Made by a program: the position numbers and the translations under genes. A stretch of 64,000 bases of DNA. Source: Octopus sinensis. Taxonomy: Eukaryota. The notes under the pieces are model-generated. The model was not told the origin of the DNA. It saw only the letters and a program-made list of their open reading frames with translations, and ran no database searches. Location of the stretch: positions 1-64,000 of the forward strand of contig NW_021832230.1 of NCBI RefSeq assembly GCF_006345805.1, in the 5' to 3' direction. Shown here one piece after another: positions 49,200-62,204 of this stretch. Every line of letters starts with the position of its first letter. Position 1 is the stretch's first letter.

Positions 49200-49799
49200 G
49201 GACTATTGGGTTTTCCAATATAAATAAAAAATATTAAGATAAAATATTATAGATTAAAATATTTATATTTCTTTTCTCGATAGCTTGAGACATTTATAAT
49301 TAAAAATGCTTACTTCAAATAAACAAGGGAATACAGAATTGAGTCTCAATAAATTAATATAACTATTGGTTTTTAAGAAATAAACTTATATCAGTTTAGA
49401 ATATTTTTTAAAGATTTTATTACAAAATTGATGACAAACTATAGTTTTTATGAGAAATAAACAACGAACTAAGTTGAAACTTCAAATTATACATGATATA
49501 CGCACTCTTTTAAGATATGATTTATAGTTTTATGTTCAATATTAAACCATCAATAATTGTTCTACTCTCTAAAATTATTTAAATAAAGACTGTCTAGTTA
49601 AAGATCCTGTGAAATATTTTTATTCCTGAAGGATTTTTAACACCCCCCGAGAATATTGTTTTTATTTGCCTATTTGTAAAATTTCACAATCAATATGCGC
49701 AGTTCTAAAATTATTCCGAATGTTAATCGATCATCGATATTTAAAATAAATATATTTTAGATCATTTTAATACAAAATTTATTTTTACTAATAACAAAA

Positions 49800-50070
49800 A
49801 TGCCACGGAAAAAACGATGAGGGCAAAGAAGAGAAAATACGAAGCGCTGCGAGACCAATTTGCGTTCTATCCGATCGTGGTCAAGACAGCTGGAGGAATA
49901 AGTGGGAAATCGCTTCGCTTTCTAAAGAAGATTGAACGCCTAGCCACATAAAAAGCCACGACACGTGAGATCCGGTGGCTTCTCCAGTTGATCTCTGTTG
50001 CTATCGTAATAGGTAACGCAACGTCCATAATGTCGGCGGGGTCCACTTCGGATGGATGGCTTTGTTAACT
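49800..50070 (+). mobile_element. CRE-like 3' terminal remnant
   Basis: KKRKYEAL..FAFYPIVVKTAGG...WLLQLISVAIVIGNA. Confidence 0.75.
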
Positions 50071-50399
50071 TCTAGTCGATGTAACTATTATTTTATATTC
50101 ATTTGGTTGTTACCTATTGCAAAGAATATTAAGTCTCAAATCTTAACAACAAATATATTTTACATTTTAAATACTTGAACTATTAAATAAGAAATGATCA
50201 ATCAAATTTCCGAATCCCGCTTTAAGTTTGCTGTTTAAATATTCGAACTTTTTTATGTTCAATATCCTCCAAATGAAAACTAAAAAAATTAACAAAAGTT
50301 AAGTAAATTGAATTCAAGTGTTTGCTTATATTCAAGATAATTCCTTCAAGATTGTTTTTAGCCATGGCAGAAGATATTAATTACTCTAACGATTTTTTA

Positions 50400-51082
50400 T
50401 ATCATTATAATTTTTGACAACGGTGGTAGTTGTTGCAACCATTGCAACGCCGCCAAAAAGACTGTGAATCATCTTGCTACAAGATGTGGCAGAATATTAA
50501 ACAGCAATGAGGTTGTAGGGTGTATTCACTTGCACTTCTGCCGAAAATATCGGATAAAACAGTCTCGGGAGTTTAAGACCCACTCCCTTTAGTCGACTGT
50601 CTCTAATGAGGTAGTCGAAATACTGGTGGACACGACGATCAAAACGGATAATAAAGTCAATAATAATTTTTGTCTACGACAGCGTTCGGAACATCATAAC
50701 GCTGATCAAAGTTGAGATTACTTATCAACAATCTTTGAAGCATGTGGAAGTTGAGAAATTACATAAATACAATCTTTTGGCAAGCGAATGGAGGTTAATC
50801 CGCAATGCAAGTGTGAATGTCGTACCGTTGGTTCTCATGTGGGATGGAATAACATCCAAATTTTACAAGCACTACCAAAGCTCTCTACAAGTCCATGACT
50901 CAACGCGTGCATTTGTTCAGACAATCGTAATCAAAAAAACACTGGAGAGCATGCCCCTGGAGTACAAACTCCTGCCTACAACAGCGAAGCATGCGATCAA
51001 TGAACGACTAAATAAAGGAAACACCCACCACGAACACCAGATGAACCTGTCAAGGATACAGACGCTGTATTCCGGCCCATGA
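50400..51082 (+). mobile_element. R4/Dong-like RLE non-LTR retrotransposon 3' remnant
   Basis: CNHCNAAKKTVNHLATRC (CCHC), NEVVGCIH, VDTTIKTD, EK..KYNLLA and VVPLVLMWDG...IKKTLES. Internal deletion and frameshifts. Confidence 0.75.
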
Positions 51083-51484
51083 ATCTGGCGGAAGGAGGCG
51101 GATTGATAGCAAAGAGAAGGAAGTTGGAACCAAAATTCTTATAAGATATTTTTTTCCACTTCAATGAATTTACTAATTTGGATTTGTTTAATAAAAGAAT
51201 AAGACAGCTTCTAGATTTACAATTTATCAGATTTTTTAACTTTATAAAATAAGAATTTTTGATAGTACTTTATAAATTGTAGAATAAATACTTGTTATTT
51301 ATTTAAACTTAAAGTTGTTGTTGTCCTGCTAAGCATTAATTTTTTACGTGTCTTGAGTATTGACTATTTTCGATATTGTTTATATCGCCTATTTCTTATT
51401 ATTTAGAGTCTGTTAACATTTTGAGTAAGGATTTATATGTTAATCACTTCTAGATTTTATAATTACCTAGTTTATTGTAGAGAT

Positions 51485-53239
51485 ATGAAAGTGGGCTTCT
51501 CTGGAGATGGAGATAGCAGGGTAACCGACGAATTCTACAAGGCTCATATGATTTCAGGAGTTTCTGGTAAAAAACAACCTAAGTTGGATTCTGGATACAT
51601 TTCCGACGAATACGGGCATGATTTTCATCTGGTTATTATGTAGAACAAAAACATCTTCAAACGATGACGTAAATACTTATGAACGAGAACCATCCTACGA
51701 AAAAAACACACATGTAATTAAGATGAATCAAATTTCTGAAACTGCGGCGAATTTTCTCCAGTATCCGATTTTATTTCCCTTTACTAAACGATTATATTTT
51801 GATATGGTGCAAAGGTTGCTAGCTTAAATTATTTTAGCTCGGATTCAATATTTTCGAATATTCAGACTCCAGAATATCCGAAAACTTGTTTTAATCACTC
51901 GGAGGATCCAGAAATTTATTTTAAAAATCTTATAAATTATTGTTTCCGGAAAAATGAAAATTATCATTCAAGCAACTCTATATTATCGGAACAAAAAATT
52001 CCTGGTTAATACATTACTTTAACTGTTCAGGAATTTCAGTATTTAGTGAAAATATTAGTACTATGGGACTGAAGACTACAAATGGTGGCGATGGTACAAA
52101 CCAAAATCCCGCAAAACACATTCCATTCAATGCTTTTCAAAAAGATGATTCGACGCTAATTAAAACTGATACAAACGTAAAATTGTATTATAAGCATGTT
52201 TTAGAAGTATGATCTCAATGATAGTTTGATCTATAAAGACAAAAGAAACTTGATCGATACTAAGACAGAGCAATCAGATAAAAATAAAGCTACGAATGAC
52301 GATATATTTTTATCAAATTCAGGGAAACGGAAATCTATTCACAGAGGAACTTTTAGCAATTCCGACTTATCTAAACAGCATAACGAAAGAGATCGGAAGA
52401 AGTATTTTAATATAGATTTACGTTTATAGGCCGGAAATTGTTTTAGGAAAATATCGTTTTGACGTCATAAAATGGAATAATCGATCTCTCCAATGCGTAC
52501 GAATCATAGATTGTTAAAATTATTAGCGTGAAAACAAGTTCCAGTTTGCATTTTGCTCAACAAAAAGTTTTCTAAATTCACTTCTGGCAACTGAGCTCAG
52601 TGAAAATGAACCGCATTACTATAGTTTTGAAATGTTCGTATATTTTCAACATATATTAAAGAAATACATGTTTGAATAGTGGTTTAATTGATATAGGAAA
52701 ACTATAGAGGAGTCTAATCTTGTTCATAGCAATATTTTATGCGAAAGAAGACTTTATTTTCTAATGTATTTTTTTATTGATTTTCCACAGCCTTCGTATT
52801 TATTCAGTTACTAATCTGCATATATACAATAATAGGAATAAATTTTCTAACATATCAAATGCACCTCGAGAGTATGATAAGATTGTAAACACCTTCTTGA
52901 TATTCATTTTGTAGATTAAAGCCAATGGTGTATGTTCCAAGGGAGAATCCGGCTCTCAAAATTCATTCAGTTTATCTTTTTCTAGATACCAGCATGACAT
53001 TATTTACAATTATTTACACATTCTTAAGTTCCTTGAGCAGTCCCATTCTTTTTGGGATGAAGCATACAAATATTTTGATAGGAATGATGGTTTAGTGGTA
53101 TATTATTATTTCAGTATTTTTTCGTATGTTGCGAGACCGCGGATGTTCCCTTGAAATAACTAGTAGCATCAGTGTTCTTGTGAAATATGTTGAAATTGGA
53201 CTCGAAATCTTGCGAGGGTCAATAGTTAGCGAGAAATAA
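51485..53239 (+). CDS. Uncharacterised multi-exon gene, exon structure only partly resolvable
   Basis: Open exon-like stretches separated by short GT..AG segments. Ends FFRMLRDRGCSLEI...GSIVSEK*. No family recognised. Confidence 0.5.
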
Positions 53240-53639
53240 TGATGCTATACTGCAATATATATTTCTATCTACAACTTGATGATTTTCTATATTATTTTTC
53301 ATTTTTACTTTGATTTTGATGTCGACAAGTATCGACATACTTTTAATTCTTATTTATTGTCTTATACGAGGATTTATGAGCCTCCTACAAAAAATGCGTT
53401 TAATCTTATATCTAGTTAATCTTATATCTAGTTCTCTTCTCTATTTTTCTTGTTTTTTTCTAAAAAAAAGTTATAGCCAATATTTAATTAAAACAGTCGT
53501 CTAATACTTTGATTAGTAGCAGAGCGTGTGATTTACGATTGATTAAATTGCAACCCTGCCATGTGTTCCTCAAAAAGCTTGGTTTGAAAATCAACACTTT
53601 GTTGCATGTTCTTACAGAAGACAGAACAGCAACATAACC

Positions 53640-54100
53640 CGAACTCTAAACATCATTGCTGTGAACGCTCGATCTATCAAATCGTAGTCAATGAGTCAAA
53701 GCTGAGAATAAATAAATCCTATTACCTACTGGGGTACAGATCTTAGATATCAAATTTTGCAATAGTTTTTTTTCTAGAACAGGCATGACAATATATTGCC
53801 TTGCGAACCTATGCATCTGCAATTCCCGGAACAAGACGTACGTCAATCTTTATTTTTGTAAATAACAAACATAACCTCTGGCTACAGGTGGGAGGGATAG
53901 TATATTCAACAGCTTTGTTGCTTACAGAGTTAATAGACGACTACTTTTAGAGTTATTCCCACTGTTTAGTTATCGGTGACTTCAATGTGAAAAATACCTT
54001 GTATGATTTTAAATCAAAGAATAAAACGGACGAATATTCCAAAAACTTGTAAAAAACTTGCTATCTCTGTTCATGTGTCAGAGACCGCTAACCATCACTC
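53640..54100 (+). mobile_element. Decayed LINE APE remnant
   Basis: VVNESKL and LVIGDFNVKN motifs amid stops. Confidence 0.55.
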
Positions 54101-54639
54101 TGAAAATAAACTTTTAGGCATGTAAACGGGATCGGCGTCACTGCCACGGCGAAAGAAATTTCTAACTTATTTGCCAACCTAGAACAGACATGACTATATA
54201 TTCAAACCACCTAGCCACCCCGCAAAAATCTAATCATGATGATTCACTCGATGCCGACATTCTCTATATACGAAACAGTACTTCTGACTTCATTATCCAG
54301 TCTCTATTGGATAATTACCATCGCACCCCAATTGCTGAGAATATCTGGACCATGAATTGGGCCAAAACAACGCTGTGGAAAATGACAAAATTTGTGAGAT
54401 AAGATACAAAGAGGTTTCCTCTAACAAAAAGCTTATACACAGTCCGTAGGTGTAGTGATTTTTTCCTAAGTCTAGAATCGAAAATTATGAAAGCGGTGGT
54501 TTTTCAAGAAACCCTGGCTTTAGCACGCCTTTAATTTTCGATAGCATTTGATATCTAAATGTTCTTAAAAGAATCTTATACTGTCGCCTAATTAAAAAAG
54601 TTTTATATTGGGTTAGAATTTTTTGTCAAACCACAGACT

Positions 54640-55190
54640 TTTCAGAGGATTCTTGTTAGAGGAAATAAAATCCACGTCATCTGCGTATGCCACTGCATTG
54701 ATCTTTCCTTCATAGTTTTATTTTCGTCAATACAGCTTCCAGATATATGACAAACAGAATAAAAGATAACGGATCTCTCTGAAATGTCCCCGATTTTATC
54801 GAAAATAAACGAAATGTCATTACCTAGGCTCGGTAACGACCTAGGCTCGTGACGTTTGAAAGAGGCTGTATTCTTTGAAGAAAATTGCCGACACTTTTCG
54901 TATGGTATTCATAATGATTACTGGCCTGAGGTTCTCCACTTTTCCTTTAGCTTTGTTCTATTTTTGGACAGAACCAGTATCCCTCGTCTCAGAGGCAGAT
55001 GGTCGTTTGTTTTAAACATTCCGTTGAAGAGATCCGCAATGAGTACATTTAGGTTTTCACTTCCATACCTAAGTAGTTCTGGCCCTAGCCAACCCGGTCC
55101 TGGACTTTTATTGTTTTTGAGCTGAGCAGATGTTCTTTGAACTTCTACAGAAGTTATTTCCAACTCCATTTTTTTGAATGGCCACTAAAT
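54640..55190 (-). mobile_element. RTE-like RT fragment
   Basis: LKNNKSPGPG..GPELLRYG, ILVLSK..., RDPLSFILFVIYLE and YADDV. Confidence 0.75.
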
Positions 55191-55272
55191 GTTCCAATTC
55201 CGTTGCATTCCGATTTAAACAGTTACTTTAGTAGACAGCAAATTAATTATGCTGCTTCTGCAGAAACTGCGA

Positions 55273-56330
55273 TTTATTTTTATTTTATTTAACCGTCAAG
55301 ACCACGGTAAAAATCAAACAAAAATCACGTGATCCTGATGCACTCGACCAAGGACCTCATCTTCGCTCGGTGATCTTTCCACGAGCCCACACAAGATCGT
55401 ACCGAGCGGCAAGTCGTTTTGCCGGGGCATTTGCTGATGGCAAATAAAGTCTTCCAGAGAAGTCTTTCAGCTTGATAAAGTCTTCCAGAGAAGCTGGACC
55501 GAGGTGTTCGTTATCGTGTGACCAACTGTGGGCCTTTTGTTGGGCCTCCTCAATTCACCTCCTGTTGGACCACGATACCGCGGACCCCATGATCCGCAGG
55601 CGTAGGCAATTGATGGTTCGAAGTATTGGCGGTAGATATTCGCCAGTACCGGGTGTGACTCGTTTTTCCATAAGCCGGATAGAGTTCTGAGGATGTTCAA
55701 TTTTTTTTGCATTTGTGAAGGAGGTTGTCGAAGCAGAGGTGCATGTCGAGGGTTACCCCTAGGACCGTCTGACTCCTGGAGAAGGGTACGGACACGTTGT
55801 TCAACTTTAAGTCGACTGAAGTCCTTCCCAATCTTTTGTCGGAGGTGAAAAGGGACGTGGCAGACTTCGCCGCGTTTACCAAGAGCCGGTTGTCCGTCAG
55901 CCATAGGTTCAGCCGATCCAAGTTAACTTGGAGCCTTTCAGAAGCCTTCTGGATGTCCCGGTCCCGTGAAGCTAATACGATTTCGTCCGCGTATGAAAGG
56001 ACAATGTCATTATTGTCGAGGGAAGACGGGAGATCTTCAAGGAAAAGATTGAAAAGGGTCGGGGATAAGGGGGATCCCTGGGGTACTCCTTTGGATAGAA
56101 GACGAGATGTGGACTTCAGACCTCCGATGCACACCCTTCCCATTCTTACTTTTAAGAAGTTGGTGATCCATATTTTGAGTTTCGGAGAAAATTCAGTTTC
56201 GAACATCTTCCTTGATAAAAGTCTCCTCGAGACAGAGTCAAAGGCTTTGTAAATGTCAACGGAGCAAAGCACGGCCTTCCTGTTCCTCGGTTTGCTTGCA
56301 AAATAAATTTTCCTCCGTTCAAGTAATTGC
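55273..56330 (-). mobile_element. Family A (Vingi-like) LINE, 5'-truncated copy
   Basis: Near-identical RT to 17600-18620, with the same 3' UTR and (TAAAA)n tail. Confidence 0.92.
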
Positions 56331-56699
56331 ATCTTAAATTTAGAAATTTTTATTTCAAATGGTGCAAAATTTAGATTTTCTGTTTTCGCAATCAGAGTTG
56401 GATTTTTTGTTGTGCTTTAAAGTCTCTTTACATACGAAATACGTAAGTTTTTAGAATTCATGACATATGCAAACTCTTCAGTCCAATTAGATTGAAAAAA
56501 CGAGTGTTTTGCTTCATTTATTTTTTATTAGAAAATATTTCGTTTCTGCGTTTCCTGCAGCCAGTTTTTTTCATCTTTCGTGTGTTAAACTCACTAAACG
56601 CGACTCGGCCGCAATATTTTCTTGGAAATGTTTTTCATGCCTTTCACAAACGATGATCACTAAGCCTATATTATCTGAAAAATCCTCAACTGACCGGCC

Positions 56700-58238
56700 T
56701 TGTTATGCATTTAATTCTATCCGTCGAGATTATATTTTAGAATCTGTTCGTAATCTTTCCCTCATTATATCCCATCGTACATCTATCATATGCCTCCCCA
56801 AGTTGTCTCCTGTTTGCTCACAACGTTATTATGTCTGAATCGGGGATCCAACAGAGTGACCCATTGGGGCCTCTTCTGTTCTCCCTAAGAGTACATCATA
56901 TTGCGTCTCAATTATCTTCCAAAGTCAATCTTTGGTATCTTGATGACGTCACACTTGGTGGAGATTTAGAGGTCGTGAAAAATGATGTCACAAGAATTAT
57001 TTATGGATTTGCTTCTATCGGACTTGTTCTCAACGGATCTAAATCTGAACTAATCCGCCTGTCTGCAAATCCACTTGAATTTAAATCTACTTGGGGCTTT
57101 TCCTACTCAAGAACTATCTCTTTATTCCGAAACTTACTTTTCTCATGCGCACTACGCTGTGCTTCCGAGAACAAGAATACTTATCTCGCCTGGATAATCT
57201 GGTTTCCAAAGCCCTTAGGCTACTGGTAAACATAAAACTCAAATCTGATGATATGGTGCGTGCTAATTTGCCCATTCGTTATGAGGGCATCGGTATTCGC
57301 TCTTGCCGCGACTTATCCCTTCCGTGTTACCTATCATCGTTGTCCGCTTCCACTAATTTCGTCAACTCTGTTTTTCCCTCTTCTGAACAGTGCGAGTTGT
57401 TGGAATATGCGGCTGGTGTCAACGTGTGGGTTTCTCGGGGCTTAAAGTCCCGGACATTCCGTCGGCTCAAAAGAACTGGGACAACATTTATTGTTCTCAC
57501 ATAATTGAAGATATCCGGTCACACGCCGATCAGTTTCAGTTGGCAAGCATTAATTGTGCTTTTAAACCGCATTCGGGAGATTGGTTGAATGCGTTACCGA
57601 TCTCGTCAGCGGGCATGTTCCTGGACGACGAATCGGTCCCCATCGGAATCTGTTTACGGCTTGGCATAAAGATTTGCCAACCGCACCATTGCAGATGTGG
57701 ACAACTCATTGACAGGAGAGGTTTACACCTTCTTTCTTGTCGCCTCGGTGCCGGCAGGATCCCCAGGCACGCCTCATTGAATGACGTTGTGAAGCGCGCG
57801 CTTAACGCCGCTGGATTCCCCTCGATGTTAGAACCGATAGGACTAGACCGTGGAGATGGAAAACGCCCTGACGGGTCGACTTTATTCCCGTTCAGGGAGG
57901 GAATGGCACTCGTGTGGGATGTTACCTGCGTAGACTCATTTTCCTCATCATCGTTGGTTGACTCCGCTTCTCGTCCTGGATCTACATCTGCCCTTGCCGA
58001 ATCTAGGAAAACTGCAAAGTATGGCTCTTTAACCGATACCTGCTGTTTCATTCCTCTGGCTTTCGAGACCAGTGGGATAATTGGACCCAAAGCCCTCAAA
58101 CTCCTCTCAGAGATTGGTTTAATCATCTCGAGGAGGAGTCACGATAGTCGTGAAACGAGCTGGCTTTTTCAGCGGATATCGTTCGCGATATTACGTGAAA
58201 ATTGCCTGTCCATCCGCTCGGCGACTCATCTAATTTAG
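56700..58238 (+). mobile_element. CRE-clade retrotransposon fragment (RT 3' half + RLE)
   Basis: GIQQSDPLGPLLF, WYLDDVTLGG, GDWLNALP, CRCGQLIDRRGLHLLSC, RGDGKRPDG and LAFETSG. Confidence 0.92.
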
Positions 58239-58333
58239 TTAATTTCTCTATTTTACTTGTTATTTTTTTTAGAAAACATAACAACAAAGACGTGTGAAAT
58301 CAATTTTAAAAATTTATAAGATTTAATTTTAAA

Positions 58334-58872
58334 ATGGCGCGAAAATCTGTCGCTTTGGACTGCACGCTCTATCCTGTAGACGCAGTGCTGGCCGCATCTC
58401 GCGTCACGCGGCTCTTAACGACCTTATCAGGAGAGCCCTGGAAGTGGCCGGAATCCCCTCCCTGCTTGAACCCTCTGGAATCGATCGGGGGGACGGAAAA
58501 AGGCCTGACGGGATCACTGTGTTTTCCTTCAACAGGGGGAAGCCTCTTACCTGGGATGCCACGTGTGTGGACTCTTTCTCGCCTCAGAACCTGCTGATGT
58601 CCGCATCCGCCCCTGGATCTATTGTCACAACCGCGGAATGCAAAAAGATGCGGAAGTACTCTTCACTTACGGAGAAGTTCCAATTCCTTCCATTCGCGGT
58701 TGAGACTTCCGGTTCCTTAAGCAGTAAGGCAATCAGCTTCGTTCAGGAGATCGGGTCCCGCATGTCTGCTATCACAGGCGACGCCCGCGAATCAAGATGG
58801 TTTTTCGAGCGGATATCCCTTGCGATAGTACGCTCTAATTCTTTCTCGATCGCGTCGGCTTCCCGTTCATGA
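58334..58872 (+). mobile_element. Second CRE-clade 3' fragment (distinct family member)
   Basis: GLHALSC, EPSGIDRGDGKRPDG, WDATCVD, FAVETSG and ERISLAIVR. Confidence 0.9.
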
Positions 58873-59619
58873 AGCTTTCGAACACTATCATACATATTTG
58901 GTTATTTTTTGTCGTAAGAGTATTCTGGTTTTCTATATTGACGGAACGATTCAAAATGTTTAAAATTTATTTTGGAACTTTTTCTTGGAATTAAAGAATT
59001 AATTTAGAAATTTTAAAATGATTATTCAAATATATGTAAATAAGTTTTAAAGAGCCACCTAATTATAAGATAGATGATCTGTTTTTAAATGAAAAAAGTA
59101 TACGCCAGTCTCTAAATATATTCAGAAAATTTCAAAAAACCCAGTGACTTGCAAGCCTCCAGTTGCCGACCCATAATCATGGTTATGAATAACTTTTCAA
59201 CCCCGCTGACCCTTGGAATGACCTTTCGCTTTACTTGGACGACGTTTTACTCGTGGACATCTCTAAATACCTATTGATCACGAAGCTTAGACAAATCTGA
59301 TTTACTCCGAATTTCATCAAGAAGCATTTACAATCCAACACTTGATATCTATGAAGGAATCCCTGGACTGCGATCGTTAAAAACTCAGGTTACTTACTCG
59401 AAATCTTCCAAAAAAAAAGATTTCCATAACAGCCCTCCGTTTTCTAAGGCTTACTTGTAAACGATGCTAAGCGCAATATTTCTCTCAAAATTGAATTCTG
59501 AATACTCACCTGATGATCGATGGACTTTGATTTCAAACGTCTCTACGAAAACTAGTGTCGTTGATTGTCCTTTATAGTATATCTCCTACCGTGGAAAAAT
59601 TTTTGTCTGTGGGATAAAG

Positions 59620-60234
59620 TGGGTTCAGAAGAGGGAGGTCTACTGCGGATATTGTATGAACACACAGATGGATGTGTGCCATGACGCCGAGGTTCAGGAA
59701 GGCGGTTCACGTACTGAGGATAGATCTATCAAGGGCGTTTGACACTGTTCGCAGGGACAACTTATTCAGCTATTGGAAACATTGTTGGATGAGGACAGTT
59801 TGAGAATGCTACGTGTCCTAGTTGCGAATATTGATATGGAAGTATGGGTTGGCTCAGAGCACTCTTGTGAATTCAAAACACACATTGGCACTCCATGAGG
59901 TGACTCCTTATCTCCGATCTTATTCGTCATCTATCTGGAAGCTGCACTTTGTGATCTGAGAGCTAAAATTGGCCCAACCACCATCATGGAATTAATATAT
60001 GCGGACGACATAGATTTTGTTTCAGAAGAAATGAATGATATCAGATTTACACTTGACTACGCTCCTGAAGTATTTGGAGAATGGTTTTTGAAAATGAACA
60101 ACAAAAGACTGAGTTCATTACAGTCAAACGAGAAAGTAAAGTTACTGACGAGATATGGAGGAGATCAAGAAAAGTCGGGTCACTGCTTGGTAATTGGGAA
60201 GATGTCCAATGAAGAAAGATACTGTCAACATTAA
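59620..60234 (+). mobile_element. RTE-like RT fragment
   Basis: DLSRAFDTVRR, GDSLSPILFVIYLE and YADDIDF. Confidence 0.8.
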
Positions 60235-61101
60235 CACTGAAGAGGCTTAAATCGACATAGCTCAGCTATACAAATCTCTTAAATCCCGTAAAAGTACGTT
60301 TGTACAATTCCTTCGCTTTCATCCTGCCCATTTTACGAGAAGATTGTAACTTTCTTTCTTGTTGTTGGGGATGTGCAATTAATAATAATTTTAACGTAAA
60401 ATGATTTTTTGATTTTAATAAAACAAATTAAAATTTAATAAGTAGACATCTCCCCACGTTTCTCAAAAATTTCTAAACTTCTTTTTTCATTGACATAAGC
60501 TGATTTTCAGTTATTTTTTGGATGTTTCCAAATCTTTCAATTTTTAGTGGATTTTGCAATAATTTATTCTTTATCGTCGTCCAAACATGCTCTATTGGAT
60601 TCAGGTCAGGTGATTGAGAAGCCAAATCAAAAATGGTATATTTCCGTTTTTATGGATATTGAGGCAGTACAGGTGGAAATACTCATTGAAGAAGGAAATG
60701 CGTTCTTTCTGGGAGGAGAAGACAGACAGTGCATGCAATGTGTAGATTCACGGAGAAAACTGCTGGGTGGCTGTGAAGTTTTGGGTGTCATGGATTTGGA
60801 TTTATGAAAAGACAAAAAGAATGAAAAAAGATTAAAGGATAAGATCGAATAAAATAAATAAAAAAGGGCTAAGAATGAGAGTAAGAGATAATTAAGAGAT
60901 GGAAAGATGCAAAAATAAAAATAGACCAAAAGAATGACAAGAATAGAGCAAAGGAGCAACAGAATGACAATGACAGAGACACGACGACAACAACCCAGAT
61001 AAAAATTTATTACTTTCTTGTTGACACAAAAGTGTTGTAGGTAACATTATTTTCAATGCTATTGAAAATTTGTTTTAGACTATTTTACTTATGTTTTAAT
61101 A

Positions 61102-62121
61102 GAGAATAGAATAGAATAGTGTTTATTGAGTGAAAAGAAAAAGAAAAACAAGGAAGAAATCATCAGCGGGGAGATAAAAACAAGGCACCGAAGTGTCTCT
61201 TTCCATGCGTATCCCCAATACTAGTCATGTTTGACGACAATTCTCCAAGACCATCCGGATCGTGGGCACAGAGGATTCTTGTGAGTCTTTTAACCTTCCG
61301 TCAAGTTGTACTCCGTAAGCCAATTTCATAGCGAAACGTCTTGTCTTTTCCAACTGTTCGATCAGGTAGTCACTCTCCTCCGTACCGTACCAGCCCTCGT
61401 AGCCATATGTGAGGACTGGCTGCACACACGTTTTGTATACGTAGAGTACGTTTCCGGATCCAGATGGAACCTGGTTAAGCTTTTGAGGATCCTCACACTC
61501 CTCTTTCTCTGATTTGCTATATAATCTGCGTACGAGCCACGACAGTGGATGGTTGCTCCCAGGTAATAAAGATTTTTGCTTTTTGAGAGATCCATCACAT
61601 AACTACTCATCGCATATGCACACGACTCCGCATAGCGACTCCCTCTCCGCAACCATGAAATGGTCCTCTTCTCCGGTGCTAAGGTCAAACCCTTCTCTAT
61701 AGTCCACATCTTTAGCGTTGCAATGTATGATTTCAGTCGTCTCCAAGACTGCGATATCCTTTTCGAGGTATCCATGACCAGGATATCGTCAGCATAGATA
61801 ACGAGCTTGCCAGTACGTGTCGACGGCAGAGGAATGTCCGCCAAGAAGAGGTTGAACAGAAGTGGACTCAAGATAGATCCCTGCGGGACTCCCCTTCTAA
61901 GTTCCACACACCCCGATAGGCGGTTTCCACAGCGGACAAATGATTGTCTTCCTGACAAGAAGCTCTCCAGCCATCGATAGGTCTTTATCCCGGCTCCGAT
62001 GTCATGGATTCTGGAGAGTAGGCCCAGGTGCCACACGCTATCGAAGGCTTTGGCCAGATCTAGACACACCACAGTTAGCCATGCTTCATTTCTGTCAGCA
62101 CGGGATAATTGGTGCTCTAAC
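61102..62121 (-). mobile_element. Family B LINE, 5'-truncated copy
   Basis: Near-identical to 19277-20290. Possible 7-bp TSD TTTAATA at 61095-61101 and 62122-62128. Confidence 0.93.
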
Positions 62122-62204
62122 TTTAATAAAATTTCTAAAAAATTTTCTAAAATTTAAAAATTAACTTCATTAATATTATATCATTTATGATTGTTCTGTT
62201 GTGA

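Noticed and set aside
54826-54856. Small hairpin with duplicated CTAGGCTCG inside the RTE fragment
   Set aside because: It is too short, has no TSD and sits at a deletion junction. It is most likely repair filler DNA.
60547-60990. ORFs on both strands, including a hydrophobic Phe/Leu-rich peptide
   Set aside because: They derive from a low-complexity A/G-rich tract. No family or splice structure can be supported.
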